Source: Felis catus
Taxonomy: Eukaryota
DNA: 64,000 nt
Assembly: GCF_018350175.1 (NCBI RefSeq)
Contig: NC_058368.1
Location: forward strand, 228,224,001-228,288,000
Reading direction: 5' to 3'
The notes beneath the pieces are model-generated. The model worked only from the letters and a program-made list of their open reading frames with translations. It was not told the DNA's origin and searched no databases. The position numbers and the translations under genes were made by a program. This document shows positions 24,456 to 37,157 of this stretch, piece by piece (position 1 is the first letter of the stretch; each line of letters opens with the position of its first letter).

Positions 24456-26934
24456 GTAAGTTGTCTTACACATTCAGGGACGGTGGGTATCTATCAGATT
24501 GGATAATGTTATAAACACAAGATCTCATTATTCTTGCTATCATGTCATGAGGACTTTATTATTTTATCAACTAGCTTCACATTCGCCCCATGTTTAATGA
24601 GTACTTACTGGCTGCTAGGCACTATTTTGAGTGTTATAGGGGAGATGATGGTTCTAGATAGTTCTTTCCTATCTATTAAAGCAGGTGAAATATGCATGGA
24701 TGCTCATGAAACATTAGCTTATGAGATAAGGAGCAAGTGTTGGAGGAGTTAACCGATGGTAGGAAAGGAAGGTGGGTAGGAGTGGGAAGAAGGGGTCAGA
24801 GGCGGGGTCTCAGGAGCAGGGTCTGGACAGGGGGTGGAAGGATGGATAGGATGAGGTGGGGCAAGTGGTGGAAGGAAGGCTTTCTCGGCAGGACTGCTCA
24901 GGGCCCACCGGAGGTGCCAGCTCTACCAGCTTGGAGAGTTAAGCCAGGTTGGAAAAGCCAGATTGAATTCAGGGACGTGTCGCTTCACCCAGTAGCTGGC
25001 GGTAAAATGCTGGATTCGTATTTCAGCCTGTGAACATAGCACGTCTATGAAACACACGTTTTTCCACTTTGGCAAAGTTCTGTTTGACAAGTCTAAAAAT
25101 ACCTAAACTGGTTTCCACCATTGGCCTGAAGTGTTCTGGAGGCTTTCGTTACATTTTACTCAGCTAATATCTCCTCGGAGATAACCACCTTTCAGCCCAT
25201 GTGACCATTGCTTGTTTATTTCATTTTTTAAAGTTCATTTTATTTCTCTAATAAAAATTGCATATACTTAAGGTGTAGAACATGATGTTCTGATATACAT
25301 ATATGGTGAAATATATGGTGATATACATATATGGTGAAATGATCGCTAGAAGCCATACAAATGCGTGAGGTAGCAATGGATGTGCTGTGTGTGAGGAGGA
25401 GAAAGATGGCACGTGAAGGAAGAGGGAGCCCGTGAAGAAAGCGGGGCATCAGAAAAGAAGAAGGAAGGTGCTCGGTAGGGTCCTTGATGCATGGTGTTGC
25501 TCCACGTACCCCGAGTGCATCCGACAGGATAAACGTGTCTGGTTGAGCCCGGGCAAGCGCGCTGCCTGCGGCTTCGTATTTATTGGGTTGTGTCAAGACC
25601 TGGGGCCATGGTTAGTTTAGAGAAATAATCAGTACGTGTTCTTTTACCCAAAATTAATATTTTAGAAAATTTGCTTTATCGCGTCACTGGATCTAGTCAA
25701 CCAGTTGCAAAAACATTTCCCGTAGAAAGTAAAAGAAAAATCTTCCTCACGTTCAGTCAGGTGTTACTTTTGTATATCTTGTGACTAAGCAGTGAAAACC
25801 CATTGCAACATGACTTTGAACATCTCAGCAGGGTATTAATAAAATAATTTTATAATACAGGCACTTCTTTATTATTTAAGAACACATTTTTATAGAAGGA
25901 TTGTACTCACCCTGCTGGGAATTAGTCAGCGGTGAGGTTCATTAGCAGCAGATTAAGAGAGAAAATAAAAAGCAAGGAAAAAGTGACTAACTTAAAAGTG
26001 CTAAAAAGAAAAAAAGAGACAAACTTTCATTCTTGTTTCTTTTTTTTTGTTTCAATAGGAGTTGGTGCAGACTTGTTTTGCCAAATAGCTTTGTTGCCAG
26101 AGAAGTGTTTTTTAGTGATGAAAAGCTAAAAATTCCATTGCTATTTTCATATTATAAATCTAATTTTCGTTTAATTTTGATAACTGAATAAGGCTCCAAT
26201 TGAGATAAAGAGGTGTAGCATCACTAAAGACCAAAGGACACTCCAAAAATACAGTGATTTAAAGTTAAATTCTTATAATAAATTGTTTCCATGTTAACAT
26301 GAGGGGCAATTTTCAGTTTAAATAATTCATCATTGAATTTTCCATACAAGACTGGTTTGTTTTAGAAAGAAGTCTAGGTATTTATTTTGACTTTAGAAAT
26401 TGAGCAATGTGTCCCCAAATGCTTATTTTATTCATGTTTCTTATTAGGACATCATGAGAAAGTCACCCAAAAAGTGTGAAATTCACCAGAAGGGCAAAGC
26501 TTCCCACATCCACTCAGGCTCCTTTGCCCTCAAAGGAAATTGAAAAGAGGCAGACACGGGGAAAGAAATGTACCTTTGGCCAGTAGGCTGAGAAGGATCT
26601 CACCCTAGATGAGGACACCCTAGGTGTCCGCAGATAATGAGGAAAAAAGTGAAAAGTGTTTCTAAGAATATCTTTTGACCCATCCTGATCCAACAGTGTG
26701 CAGATATGGGGCTGGGGGTGGGAATAGTCCCCTGGGGTGACCGGGAGGTGGAGACCTCCTGACTCTTGAACCCCATGCATTTGATCCACCTTCTGTGTGT
26801 AAACTTGGGACTCAGTTAATGTCATGAGGAAGATGAGTCTGGGAAATTTGTTTCAGTGAAAAGATAAGAATACACGTATACGTGTGCATGAGTGTGTGTG
26901 CGCACGCATGTGTGTGTGTGGAAAGAGAGGAGAA

Positions 26935-27125
26935 ACCTAACACATCTTGGGTGCCTACTGCATTCCGGGCATTATACTATGCCAGTCGTTCTCATATATT
27001 AACTAACTTAATCTTTACAAGACTGTAAGGTATATCATGCCTAATTTGCAGATGGGGAAATTAAGGTGTAGAGATGTATGTAATTTGCCTATGATTCCCA
27101 GCTACCAAAGCTGATGTCAGAATCA
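26935..27125 (-). mobile_element. MIR remnant
   Basis: gtgcctactgcattccgggcatt...tttgcagatggggaaattaagg...taatttgcctatg. Confidence 0.7.
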
Positions 27126-27253
27126 TGTTTGTTTGTTGTGGGATGAATGCAATCCTCTGGCAATTTCTGTGGTTGATGTTCTACTTCAGACTATGCATTT
27201 AGGGAGTCTCTGTGTTGTCAGGGATGAAGCTTCAAAATGAAGGCTAAATTAAA

Positions 27254-27371
27254 GGGTGCCTGGGTGGCTCAGTCGGTTAAGTGTCCCAACTCTTAATTCC
27301 GGCTCAGGTCATAATCTCATGGTTTGTGAGGCTGAGTCCCTTGTCCATGCTGTCAGCATGGAGCCTGCTTG

Positions 27372-27417
<46 letters not shown>

Positions 27418-27434
27418 AATAAAGAAACATTAAA
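27254..27434 (+). mobile_element. CAN-SINE
   Basis: gggtgcctgggtggctcagtcggttaag...(CT)n, tail. Confidence 0.88.
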
Positions 27435-27829
27435 TGAGGACAGCTTCTTTACATTTTGAAGTCATGCGTTTATTTTTCTCAGGTACATGGTGAAGTAGAC
27501 AGAGAAAAAGTCACTGCCCATTTGGGTGGGAGCTCTCACTTCCTGTGGCTCCCTCCCTGCATGCTGCAGGCTAAAGGTGGTCACCTCCCCTGCCAGAGGG
27601 ATGGGCACAGGTTCTCAGATAAAAGACAGCCTGCATATTTGCATTGCATTTCTGGCTTTATTACCCTGGTAATTAGTCATGTGGCTTTGGAGGAGTCTCA
27701 AAGATACCGTATATTGAAGTCACGTATCTAGTTATCTCTGATTCATTTTCACACCTTCCTGCAAAGACATAGAAGTAGACACACACACATATTAATCCCA
27801 ACTATTGCTGAGATTAATGGTGAGCCATT

Positions 27830-28020
27830 CGGGCCAGGTTTGATTCTTACCCTATCACCTACAGCTTCGTAACCTTGGGCGGATGGCTCACCTAGCTATG
27901 TTCCAGTTTTCTCATCTGCAAAATGGATTTAATAATGCTACCTGTCCCATAAGTTTGTTAAGAGCATTAAACCAACAATGTCTAGCACATAGTTATCATA
28001 CAATAAATAATTTTGCTGTG
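27830..28020 (+). mobile_element. MIR remnant
   Basis: taaccttgggc...cagttttctcatctgcaaaatgga...tctagcacatag. Confidence 0.75.
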
Positions 28021-29141
28021 ACTACCGTTATTAATATTTTAACTCACATGTTTGTCGTGGGATGAAAAGAAATACATCAAGAGTGCACTATTTAATCACT
28101 TAAATGTTATTTGCGAAGAGGAGTTGAATAAAGGAATGATTTGAAGGTGGTCTAGGGAATCTCTATGTGACTTGGTTGTTTTAGATATTAGAAGAAACAT
28201 GGTATAATGGTATACTAGCATTTGGATGAAAAATGTAGGCTAGAGAAGGAAGTGACATAGTCAGAAAATAACACTCCCTCAAGGTGTCTTTTTAAAACCC
28301 TTTGGATCTTAGAGCATAGAGCTCACCAATTTAGACAGCCTCTTTTCTTTACTCCTCCTTCGGGAACCCTGAGGCTTCAAACCCATTTAGCTGATTTGTT
28401 CTGCCTACCTAGCATGTGTATTTTTGTCTTCTAAGTTATTTGTCTAACTAGGGCTAATGGTTTTGAATCCTCCGTTTATGTGGTTATGTAGTGTCTGTCA
28501 GCACTTTGACTATGAAATTATATTTTTGGTGGTTTCTCATCCTGCTGAAGAAGTTTGCTACATACTGTGACTAGGCATGGGCACCATCGGTTCTGAAGCA
28601 ATTAAAAATAAATAAGATTGGATAAATAGATCAGAGAATTGTTTTTCACCTTATTGAAAAGAATGCTATTTTTCCCCAATCTTTCTTTTCTTTTGGGACT
28701 AAAATCCAAGTAGTCAAACACTTCCCAAGGTGTAAGTATTATAATTATCATTTGGTACAAATGCGAGACTTCAATGGGTTAGTTACTTCAGGATTTATGA
28801 TGTTAGTCAAATTTGCATCAAGAAGAACGATATTTAACATTTACTCCACATTTACAGATCCCAGGATTAAAGGATTTAAATCTCTCCATCGGTATTATTG
28901 GTATTAACTACACTCCATGACTTCACTGTCATTCACTTATTTCATCAGAATTTTTCATATATTTGCCTCCTAATTATATATATTAGTTCTACTAATCATT
29001 ATATACTAATGATATTCTCATGATAATTTAAAAAATAATGCCGTTACATTAATGTAGATTGTTTCTAATGATAAATTTCATGGGATGAAGCAAACACATA
29101 GTTTTAAATTACTGTCAAATATCTATGAGTTTGTTTTAGAA

Positions 29142-29352
29142 CAGGGTTCCTCGGCCTTGGCATTATTGACATTTCTGGTCAAGATGCCCTTTGTCGGGAG
29201 GGGTGGTCCCGCGCATTATAGGGTGCTGGCAGCATCTCTGGTCTCTACCACTAGATGCCAGTATCAGCCCCACAGTTGTGATAACCAAAAGTGTCTCCAG
29301 ATGTTCACAAATGTCCCCCGAGAGTAAAATAATCCTTGGTTAAGAATCACTG
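29142..29352 (-). mobile_element. Full-length MER20-like hAT DNA transposon
   Basis: Termini cagggtt...aatcactg; MER20 core; 8-bp TSD ttttagaa/ctttagaa (29134-29141/29353-29360), typical of hAT. Confidence 0.88.
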
Positions 29353-29463
29353 CTTTAGAATGCCTACTTTATATTGAAACTTATGTGTAATACTATCATA
29401 TTCAAGTGTTTAACTTCTCCCAATAAAATTAATTATAGTGGAGTTATCAAAACACATGGCATA

Positions 29464-29680
29464 GAGGCGCCTGGGTGGCTCAGTCAGTTAAGCATCCAGC
29501 TTCAGCTCAGGTCATGATCTTGCAGTGAGTTCAAGCCCTGCGCAGGGCTCTGTGCTGAAAGCTTGGAGCCTGGAGCCTGCTTCGGATCCTGTGTCTCCCT
29601 CTGTCTCTGCCCCTACCCCACTCATGCTCTGTCTCTCTTTCCCTGTCTCAAAAATGAATAAACATTTAAAAAAAATTAAA
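29464..29680 (+). mobile_element. CAN-SINE
   Basis: gaggcgcctgggtggctcagtcagttaag...; TSD-like acacaYggcata on both sides. Confidence 0.9.
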
Positions 29681-31074
29681 ACACACACACACGGCATAAC
29701 AGGTTGAATATTTTATTGGGTCAAAAAATAAGATCTTAATTTCAGGTAGTGGCTTGCTTTTGTAATTTGTTAGAAAAAGATGAATTATTGAGCAAGTTAG
29801 TTTTGGGAAATAAATTCAGTGACTTCGGTACGTTAACATTGCATGTAGAGAGTTACTTTTGCCATGTTTCAGTGCCCACGTGTGTCACACGAATTCACCA
29901 AAGCAAAGTTGTCCTCTTAGTTAAATGTGTTTTCATCTCCATGCTTCTATGAGGGTCATTTATAATACTGGCCTTCCAGAGGAGTACAAGGATGGGTGCA
30001 GACAAAGTGTTTGTGCTGAAACAATTTATAATCTAGAAAAGAAGAGGAAATGATGTACTGCTTCCTGAGATGGATGTTTTGAGATGTGCAGATAAACTAC
30101 GCGAGCAGTGTAGATTTAACAAGGAGCTGATGCACTTGAATTTCAAGGCTACTCAATGCAGAGGCTTCTTCCAAAGCCTAATTTAGTATTTTTACGTTAC
30201 TCTTTCTTAAAGCCCTGTGCCTCTCCCCCTCCACTGTGTAAGTATAAGGACCCACAAGACCGGGATCTGTCCTTGATCATGGGGTGTCCAAGACCGGAGA
30301 GAGTGAGCCTTTGCTTAGGGATGAATGCATTAGAAAGGATCTTTGCAAGGTGGACATACGTAGGCTGCCTTTCCTTGCATGTGTAGTTTTGAAAACTCCA
30401 TGTGTTCATCTACCCCAAAAGGATAGATTGCATCTCACGGAGCTGAACTGTATCACAGCTCTGCTTCTCAGCCACTTCTGTTCCTCTGCACCCGTGGATA
30501 ATCCCCAGCCCGTGATGGGGTGGGGGACATCCTCTGTCCTGTGATTTCACGTGTAGTTTAGACTGTGGCACAGAGCGTTGAAGGCAGGATTTTGAAATAA
30601 TAATCATAATATCGTGAAACCCTAGTGAGCATTGGTGCTGGACATTGATTAAAGGTGGCAGGTGCCTCGTGCCAAAGGCAAGCCATGAAGGGAAAATGGA
30701 GAGAGTGGGCACGCACAGGATTTGGTGGGGAAGTAAAGGAGAAAGGGTGGAGGGGGCGTGGTGAATTGACAGGTGGGAAGGAAGCAATTGGAGGTTCATG
30801 GCCATAGCGAGCGGGCAGGTGTTACTTTCAAGGACATGGGACAAAGGGCCAGCAGGGTACCTGAAGACGCCTGGGTGTTTGTCATGCCTGCGGGAGACCC
30901 GCAGTTGTGTCTGCTTCACATCTAGGGGTTGACTGACCTCGGAAAGAATTTCTCTCATTCTACTAGACCTTTGGAATGATCTGTAGAATGTGCAAATTTG
31001 GCTCTGTGCTGTTTGGGCTGCTTAAATTAAAAATTCACCAAGTTTTGTTTTTGTTTTTGTGAAATTTTTTGTAG

Positions 31075-31226
31075 CTTTAAGAGATCCTCGGTTTTATTCC
31101 TGTCCCATTTACAAGAAGCCAGTCCGAACGGACTTGAACTACATCGCCGCTGTGGACCTCAGGACGGCCCAGGTCCCTGAACACTGGGTGCTCCGTGGGG
31201 TTGCCCTGCTCTGTGATGTCAAGTAA
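31075..31226 (+). CDS. DNAH5: DNAH5 last coding exon (~79), (T)[49 protein letters not shown]
   Basis: tttttgtag|CTTTAAGA; phase 1 matches the previous exon; TAA stop at 31224-31226. Confidence 0.95.
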
Positions 31227-31737
31227 CGTGGGGTGTGCCCCCCACCAATACTTCAGAAAATGCAGGATCCGAATTATCCTAACCTTTACTTTTCTGTGAG
31301 TGCTGGACAGTTTTTAAATCAGGTTGATCATGTAGTTCATGAGCTGGTTAGGTTTTCCCTGCTCATTACTTGGATGCTTAATTACGTGTTACCTGCTTCA
31401 TCCTTAATGACCAATCGCTGTGTTTGTTGAAGAGTTATTTGGTGATTGAAAAGCAAAATTTACAACTTCCCAGTGACGTGAGGCCCTCAAATCCACAGTA
31501 ATACATTCAGCTCTAAAGCCTCAGTAGGCTCACGTCAAGCAGAGATTTCCTTGAAATGAAGGGATTCTTCTGCTAATGTGGCTCCAAGGTAACACTAGGT
31601 TTGTGCTGACTTTGCTTCCAGGGCCTTTCGCTTTTGCATCAGGTTAAGAGATTTGTTTTCATGGCTCCAAGAGCCAATTGGAAAGACCTTTTTAAAAATG
31701 GAAGGAAATCGAAGAATGGATTAAGAATGTGAATAGA

Positions 31738-31899
31738 GGGGTGCCTGGGTGGCTCAGTCGGTTATGCATCTGACTTCTGCTCAGGTTGTGATATCACAGT
31801 CTGTGAGTACGAGCCCCACATCAGGCTCTGTGCTGACAGCCGGGAGCCTGGAGCCTGCTTCGCATTCTGTGTCTCCCTCTCTCTGCCCTTCCCCCACTT

Positions 31900-31945
<46 letters not shown>

Positions 31946-31973
31946 AAAAATAAACATTAAAAAATTTTTAAAA
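31738..31973 (+). mobile_element. CAN-SINE within the putative DNAH5 3' UTR
   Basis: TSD aagaatgtgaataga 31723-31737/31974-31988. Confidence 0.93.
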
Positions 31974-32077
31974 AAGAATGTGAATAGAGTAGACAATTCA
32001 TGTAATCCTATTGAATGAATGTATAATGTTCAACTCCTCTGATAATTAATCATGAGATACTAACTGATATTTGTTAT

Positions 32078-32083
32078 AATAAA
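32078..32083 (+). terminator. Candidate polyadenylation signal AATAAA
   Basis: Upstream TGTA motifs (~32001, ~32020) and downstream GT-rich ggtggggtctttgt (~32109-32122). Confidence 0.45.
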
Positions 32084-33502
32084 AAAATTAAAGCTGAAAG
32101 TGAATCATGGTGGGGTCTTTGTAAACGTGATGCACTCAGAGATTCCTAGAGTGATGTAAACCAACTCATCCTTTTTGTAAAACAATTAAATAACCAAGCA
32201 CAGAAAGAACCATAAAAATGTTCACAGGCTTTGATCCGTATTTTCTCTCCTGGAAACCCATACCAAGAAACCAATTTAAAAGACTGAAATAAATTACATG
32301 TCAAAATGTACTTAATAACAGAAAACAGTGGAAACGCCCTACATGTTCAATAATAAGCCTATGCTTAAGGAAGTTAGGGGGTGTGAGGCCGCTGTGAAAA
32401 ACAGGATAGAAGCTTTCTTAGCAGGCAAATGGTAAACATGTACTCTGAAGTGGAAGATACAGCTAGGAAAATATCAGGTTGACTTGAAAAGGTATAATGA
32501 TTGGAAAAAGAAACAGACAAAAGACAGAAGTCAGGTGGTGTGTGTGGATGCCACATGGGCTTTTATTAATGAAGAAAATGCTACCTGAGGAATTGTTCGT
32601 ATATTTCTATTTTTAAATCCTGGTTATAAAGGAGGAACTGCCTCATCTATAACTTACTGACTAGAAAACTTGGACAGTATTAAATTAGAATTGTGGTCTA
32701 CAAACGCTTGGTTGACTTCAGGTACGCCTAACTTCATGTTTCTGGTGGCAAAGGGTTTCGAGGAGACCGGTGTGTGTCCCTCTCACGAGGCCTGGCTCTG
32801 TGACAAGAATCATCTTATGCTAACTATGGTCAGAGCTGGGCCCGAGGGGTTCAGGTGACACCCACCCATCCTGGATGATACCGTTTTCATTTGAACGGCG
32901 TCTTTTGGTCTGAATTAATATGTACGAGTTGATTGTGCGAATTGTGGTGAAACAATCATTTTATTTTGAAGAACACATAATGGAAATGTAGAAATGATGT
33001 GAGTTAAGAGAAAGCTGTTAATGGGTGTCTGAATTGTATTGGCTGTTTCTTACAAGGGGGCAAGAGCCACTGAGTATCCAGAAATAAGCTTTCAAAACCA
33101 GCTTTCTTACCAAGTGACTTGAAAATGCGTAATTCATCTAATTTCGTGATACACCCTGTAGGTGTGTATGTACAAGCCTTTGAGACCCAGAGTAGAAAAG
33201 GACACTGTGAACACAACTAGAAATTTCTAGGGACTGATTCGACAAGGTATGTCGCCGAAGCAGTTGAAGAGCAACGAAGCCCCTTTCTGGTCCACCTCCA
33301 TCATCTCCCACCCACTGAAGGGTTCTCGGCGTCTGCTGAATCCGGGTGAAGGGAGGACCACCCCACTGGGTCTTCCGGGTGATGGAGAGAGTCGCCGACT
33401 TCTTGCATGAGCAGAAAGCACAGCGAGTGTCTTGCTGCCATTGCAGAGTGGTAGAGTAGTCGTTTTCATCATCTCAATATTGATTTATTTACAGAATTTC
33501 TT

Positions 33503-33658
33503 GGGGCTCCTGGGTGGCTCAGTTGGTAGAGAATCCAACTTCGGCTCAGGTCATGATCTCACGGTTCGTGAGTTCGAGCCCCACATCAGACTCTCTGCTG
33601 TCAGTGCAGAGCCCGCTTCAGATCCTCTGTCTCCCCTCTCTCTGCCCTCCCCCACTTG

Positions 33659-33696
<38 letters not shown>

Positions 33697-33757
33697 CTCT
33701 CTCTCTCTCTCTCTCAAAAAAAAAAAAAAAAATTAAACTTTAAAAAGTATAAAAAAT
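33503..33757 (+). mobile_element. CAN-SINE with internal (CA)n(CT)n microsatellite
   Basis: ggggctcctgggtggctcagttgg...; (CA)n at 33661-33692. Confidence 0.9.
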
Positions 33758-35990
33758 TAAGTGTGTCTGATAACTAGGTTGTCAGGCACTCTGGTGCACG
33801 CAGTGGGGGGATGATGGTGGGGAAAAAACGGTCACATTCCCTGATTTCGTGGACTTCACACAAGAAGACCAGACACAGAAAATAGGTGATTATTCAGGTC
33901 CGTAACTTCATGTGATCTCAGTGTATGATTGTATAATATGACACGTGTGTGAGGGACAGAGAAGAAGGTATGAAGATTGGGAGTTTAGCGCTACGAAGGG
34001 AAATGCCGGATGTTATGAGTGAGAGGAGCGGGAGGGACCGCAGCTTTTCAGGTGTCGTGGATTAGCAGGCAGAAGCCGCACCGCAGCGTCCCCATTTATT
34101 TTTGACTGAGGACACAAAATGTAACAGCAGCGAGGAGCTCCCCTGAGCCGAAGCAGCCACTGCCTGGCGTTTCCTGGTCCTCCAGTTCTCCTGAGGTTTG
34201 CAGCTGCCGGTGACTCCCTCTGTGCGAGTAAGGTCCTTCCAGGATGGAGCAAAAGAGAACCCTTTGCCACATCGGAACCGTCCTGTTACGCGTGCTGCTT
34301 ACGTCACCATCCCCCTTACCTCTGGCTTCTCTGAGCTTCTCTTTAAGGAAATGTTGGCCAGCGTGGAACCGATTCGGCATCAACGAGGCCACGTCCCCAT
34401 CAGGGGACACGGCAAAGCCACAGCCCGGGCCTTCTTGAGCCGCCTCTCTACCACGGATGCTCTTTCCCTGCAGAGACCTAATTTGATGGGGCCACGAGAA
34501 AGGGCAGCTCTGGGGAGGTGACATCTAAACTTAGATCTGCAGAAGGGGGAGAACATCTCAGACCTGCAAGTGCTGGGGACTCCTCTCTTGCTCCCTAACG
34601 AGAGGAGATGAGCACAGTGCCGGAAGGGAGGATGACAGAAAACCCAGCCTGGAGTGGAGAGCTGAGGAGGGCCGCTCTCTTAATGAAATTTCAAGCCTTG
34701 TTTGACTGCTGCCAGCCACAGAGTAGTGACTGATGGAAATCGTGTTTCTAAGTCCCTGGAGTGCGAAGGACTTCTTGGTGTTAAATGCTATTTGTGATGG
34801 AAAAGTCTTGTAAAGAATTCAACATTAGGAGACAGGACGAGAAAACCACAAATGTTATAGTTAAGTAGCTTGCAGGATTCCCCAGTGTAGACAGAATGCA
34901 CAGTGTCAGCAATATCTTTTCCAGTGCTAACTTCTGTTCCAGAGTGTAGAATTATAAAAATTTAGATACGTTAATGTATACTGATAATGTAGTTTACAGA
35001 TTTGTTGCAGCAAAAGAATCTTTAGTAGTGATAAAAAAAATAAAATATATATACATGAGCAGTTTTCTCTTGAAGACATTATTTCCCCTCCCCACCCCTA
35101 AATCTGCAACATTTTTTTTCCCCATGTCTGGCCCCAGTGAGGTCCATAACTTCTTTCACATTTTAAATACATTTCTCAAGCAAGTACTCAGGGTGATTTT
35201 TAAAAATTATATTGTGCAGCTGATGACTGTTGATGAGTAGCCCCCGGCAACACATCAAAATAATGCCTCTTATGGGTAAACGAATGGTACCCTTATATTC
35301 ACAATATGGTCCTCCAGATCGGGCAAATGCTTTGGAAGACCAATAAACAAATCAGTAGGTGATGAAAACATGAGGAAATCTTGTAGTTCTGGCTTGTAAT
35401 GTTTGTAGTGTTTCATTGTAGTAATTTTCAAAGTTTATGCATTCTGCTCCATTGACTGACCTCTGTGGTATCCAACATGAGATGTTGAGCATCCACACAT
35501 ACGTCCACAACGAAACAGGAGAGAATTCAAGGTCAGCTTTAGAATCAGAGATGAGCTTGGCTCAGACCCCGAATCCACGAACATGTTCTTACGTATCTTA
35601 AAATGGTGAGTCTAATTCTGTGTTACATTTGAGACAACGAGCCTGATCGATGCGAGAGCGGAACATGTTGCTGGGCCAGTCTGCACCCCAGGGGCTTTTC
35701 TGGTTCTGTTCTTCTGCCTGGAAAAGCTGTACCGCAGAGCAGCCAGCCAGACGGCGCTTGTGGGTTGGATCCTACTCTTTCATTTGGATGAGAAGAAATT
35801 AAAATGTAGAGATTCGGTGGGAGGGCAGGAAGCTGAGGGTGGGAAGAAGTATCCTGAGTGGGGTGGGATGGTGCATAAGAAGGAGGGTCAGGTTTCTTTT
35901 CCTAGGACATTGTTACAATGTGATTATTAGCAGTCATTCTGGAGATCAAGACAATGAATTAGTAAATGAGCCTTTAAAAAATAGCTTTTT

Positions 35991-36195
35991 GGGGGCACCT
36001 GGGAGGCCCAGTCAGTTGAGTGTATGACTCTTGATTTTGGCTCAGGTTGTGATCTCAGGGTCGTGGGATAGAGCCCCTCATCAGGCTCTGCACTGAGCGT
36101 GGAGCCTGCTTAGGATTCTCTCTCTGTCTCCCTCTGCCCCTCCCCCCACCTCCTGCTCTCTCTTTCTCTCTAAAATAATAATAATAATAAAAAAA
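35991..36195 (+). mobile_element. CAN-SINE
   Basis: gggggcacctggg...; (AAT)n tail; flanking agcttttt repeats. Confidence 0.88.
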
Positions 36196-36280
36196 GCTTT
36201 TTTTATCCCCTGGATTCAAGTTTTTATTACAAAATGACAACAGTGTTACATCTAATATTATAATTTCAGTGCCTTATGCT

Positions 36281-37157
36281 TGTACCCCAATGTTTATAGA
36301 AGCGCTTTCAACAATAGCCAAATTATGGAAGAAGCCTAAATGTCCATCAACTGATGAATGGATAAAGTGGATGCAGTTTATATATACAATGGAATACTAC
36401 TTGCAATGAGAAAGAGTGAAATCCTGTCCTTTGCAGCAACGTGGATGGAACTGGAAGGTATTGTGCTAAGTGAAATAAGTCAGTCAGAGAAAGACAGATA
36501 TCATATGTTCTCACTCATATGTGGAACTTGAGAAACTGAACAGAAGACCATGGGGTAAGGGAAGGGGAAAAAATAGTTACAGAGAAGGAGGGAGCCAAAC
36601 CATAAGAGACTCTTAAAAACTGAGACCAAACTGAGGGTTGATGGGGGGTAGGAGGGAGGGGAGGGTGGGTGATGGGCATTGAGGAGGGCACCTTTTGGGA
36701 TGAGCACTGGGTGTTGTATGGAAACCAATTTGACAATAAACTTCATATATTGAAAAAATAAAAAATAAAAAAAATAAATTAAAAAAAGAACTAAGAGCAA
36801 ACTGAGGGTTGATGGGGGGTGGGAGGGAGGAGAGGGTGGGTGAGAGGTATTGAGGAGGGCACCTTTTGGGATGAGCACTGGGTGTTGTAGGGAAAGCAAT
36901 TTGACAATAAACTTCATATATTGAAAAAATAAAAAATAAAAATAAATAAAATAAATAAAAGAACTAAGAACAAACTGAGGGTTGATGGGGGGTGGGAGGG
37001 AGGGGGGGGTGGGTGAGGGGGATTGAGGAGGGCACCTGTTGGGATGAGCACTGGGTATTGTATGTGAGCTAGGAGTCATAGGAGTCATAGGAGCTATGAG
37101 TCACGGGAATCTACCCCCAAAACCAAGAGTATAGTGTATACACTGTTAGCCAACTTG
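36281..37157 (+). mobile_element. Composite L1 3' end (ORF2 tail + three tandem 3' UTR segments)
   Basis: ccaatgtttatag...aaatgtccatcaactgatgaatggataaag; caaactgagggttgatgg recurs at 36627, 36798 and 36971. Confidence 0.92.

Larger units (their letters stand above)
3403..31226 (+). other. DNAH5: Dynein axonemal heavy chain 5 gene, 3' portion (11 terminal coding exons; 5' part lies upstream of the window)
   Basis: Manually spliced exons give one frame with dynein heavy-chain motifs [71 protein letters not shown] and terminal [14 protein letters not shown]. This matches my recall of the mammalian DNAH5 C-terminus. All 10 internal introns are GT-AG. Confidence 0.96.
31227..32105 (+). other. DNAH5: DNAH5 3' UTR (end uncertain)
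   Basis: Follows the stop codon; candidate AATAAA at 31949, 32078 and 32288. Confidence 0.55.

Noticed and set aside
30410..30958. 182-aa antisense intronic ORF
   Set aside because: No recognisable domain or splice structure; consistent with chance.
36501..37088. 195-aa ORF with internal repeats
   Set aside because: Antisense translation of the triplicated L1 3' UTR.
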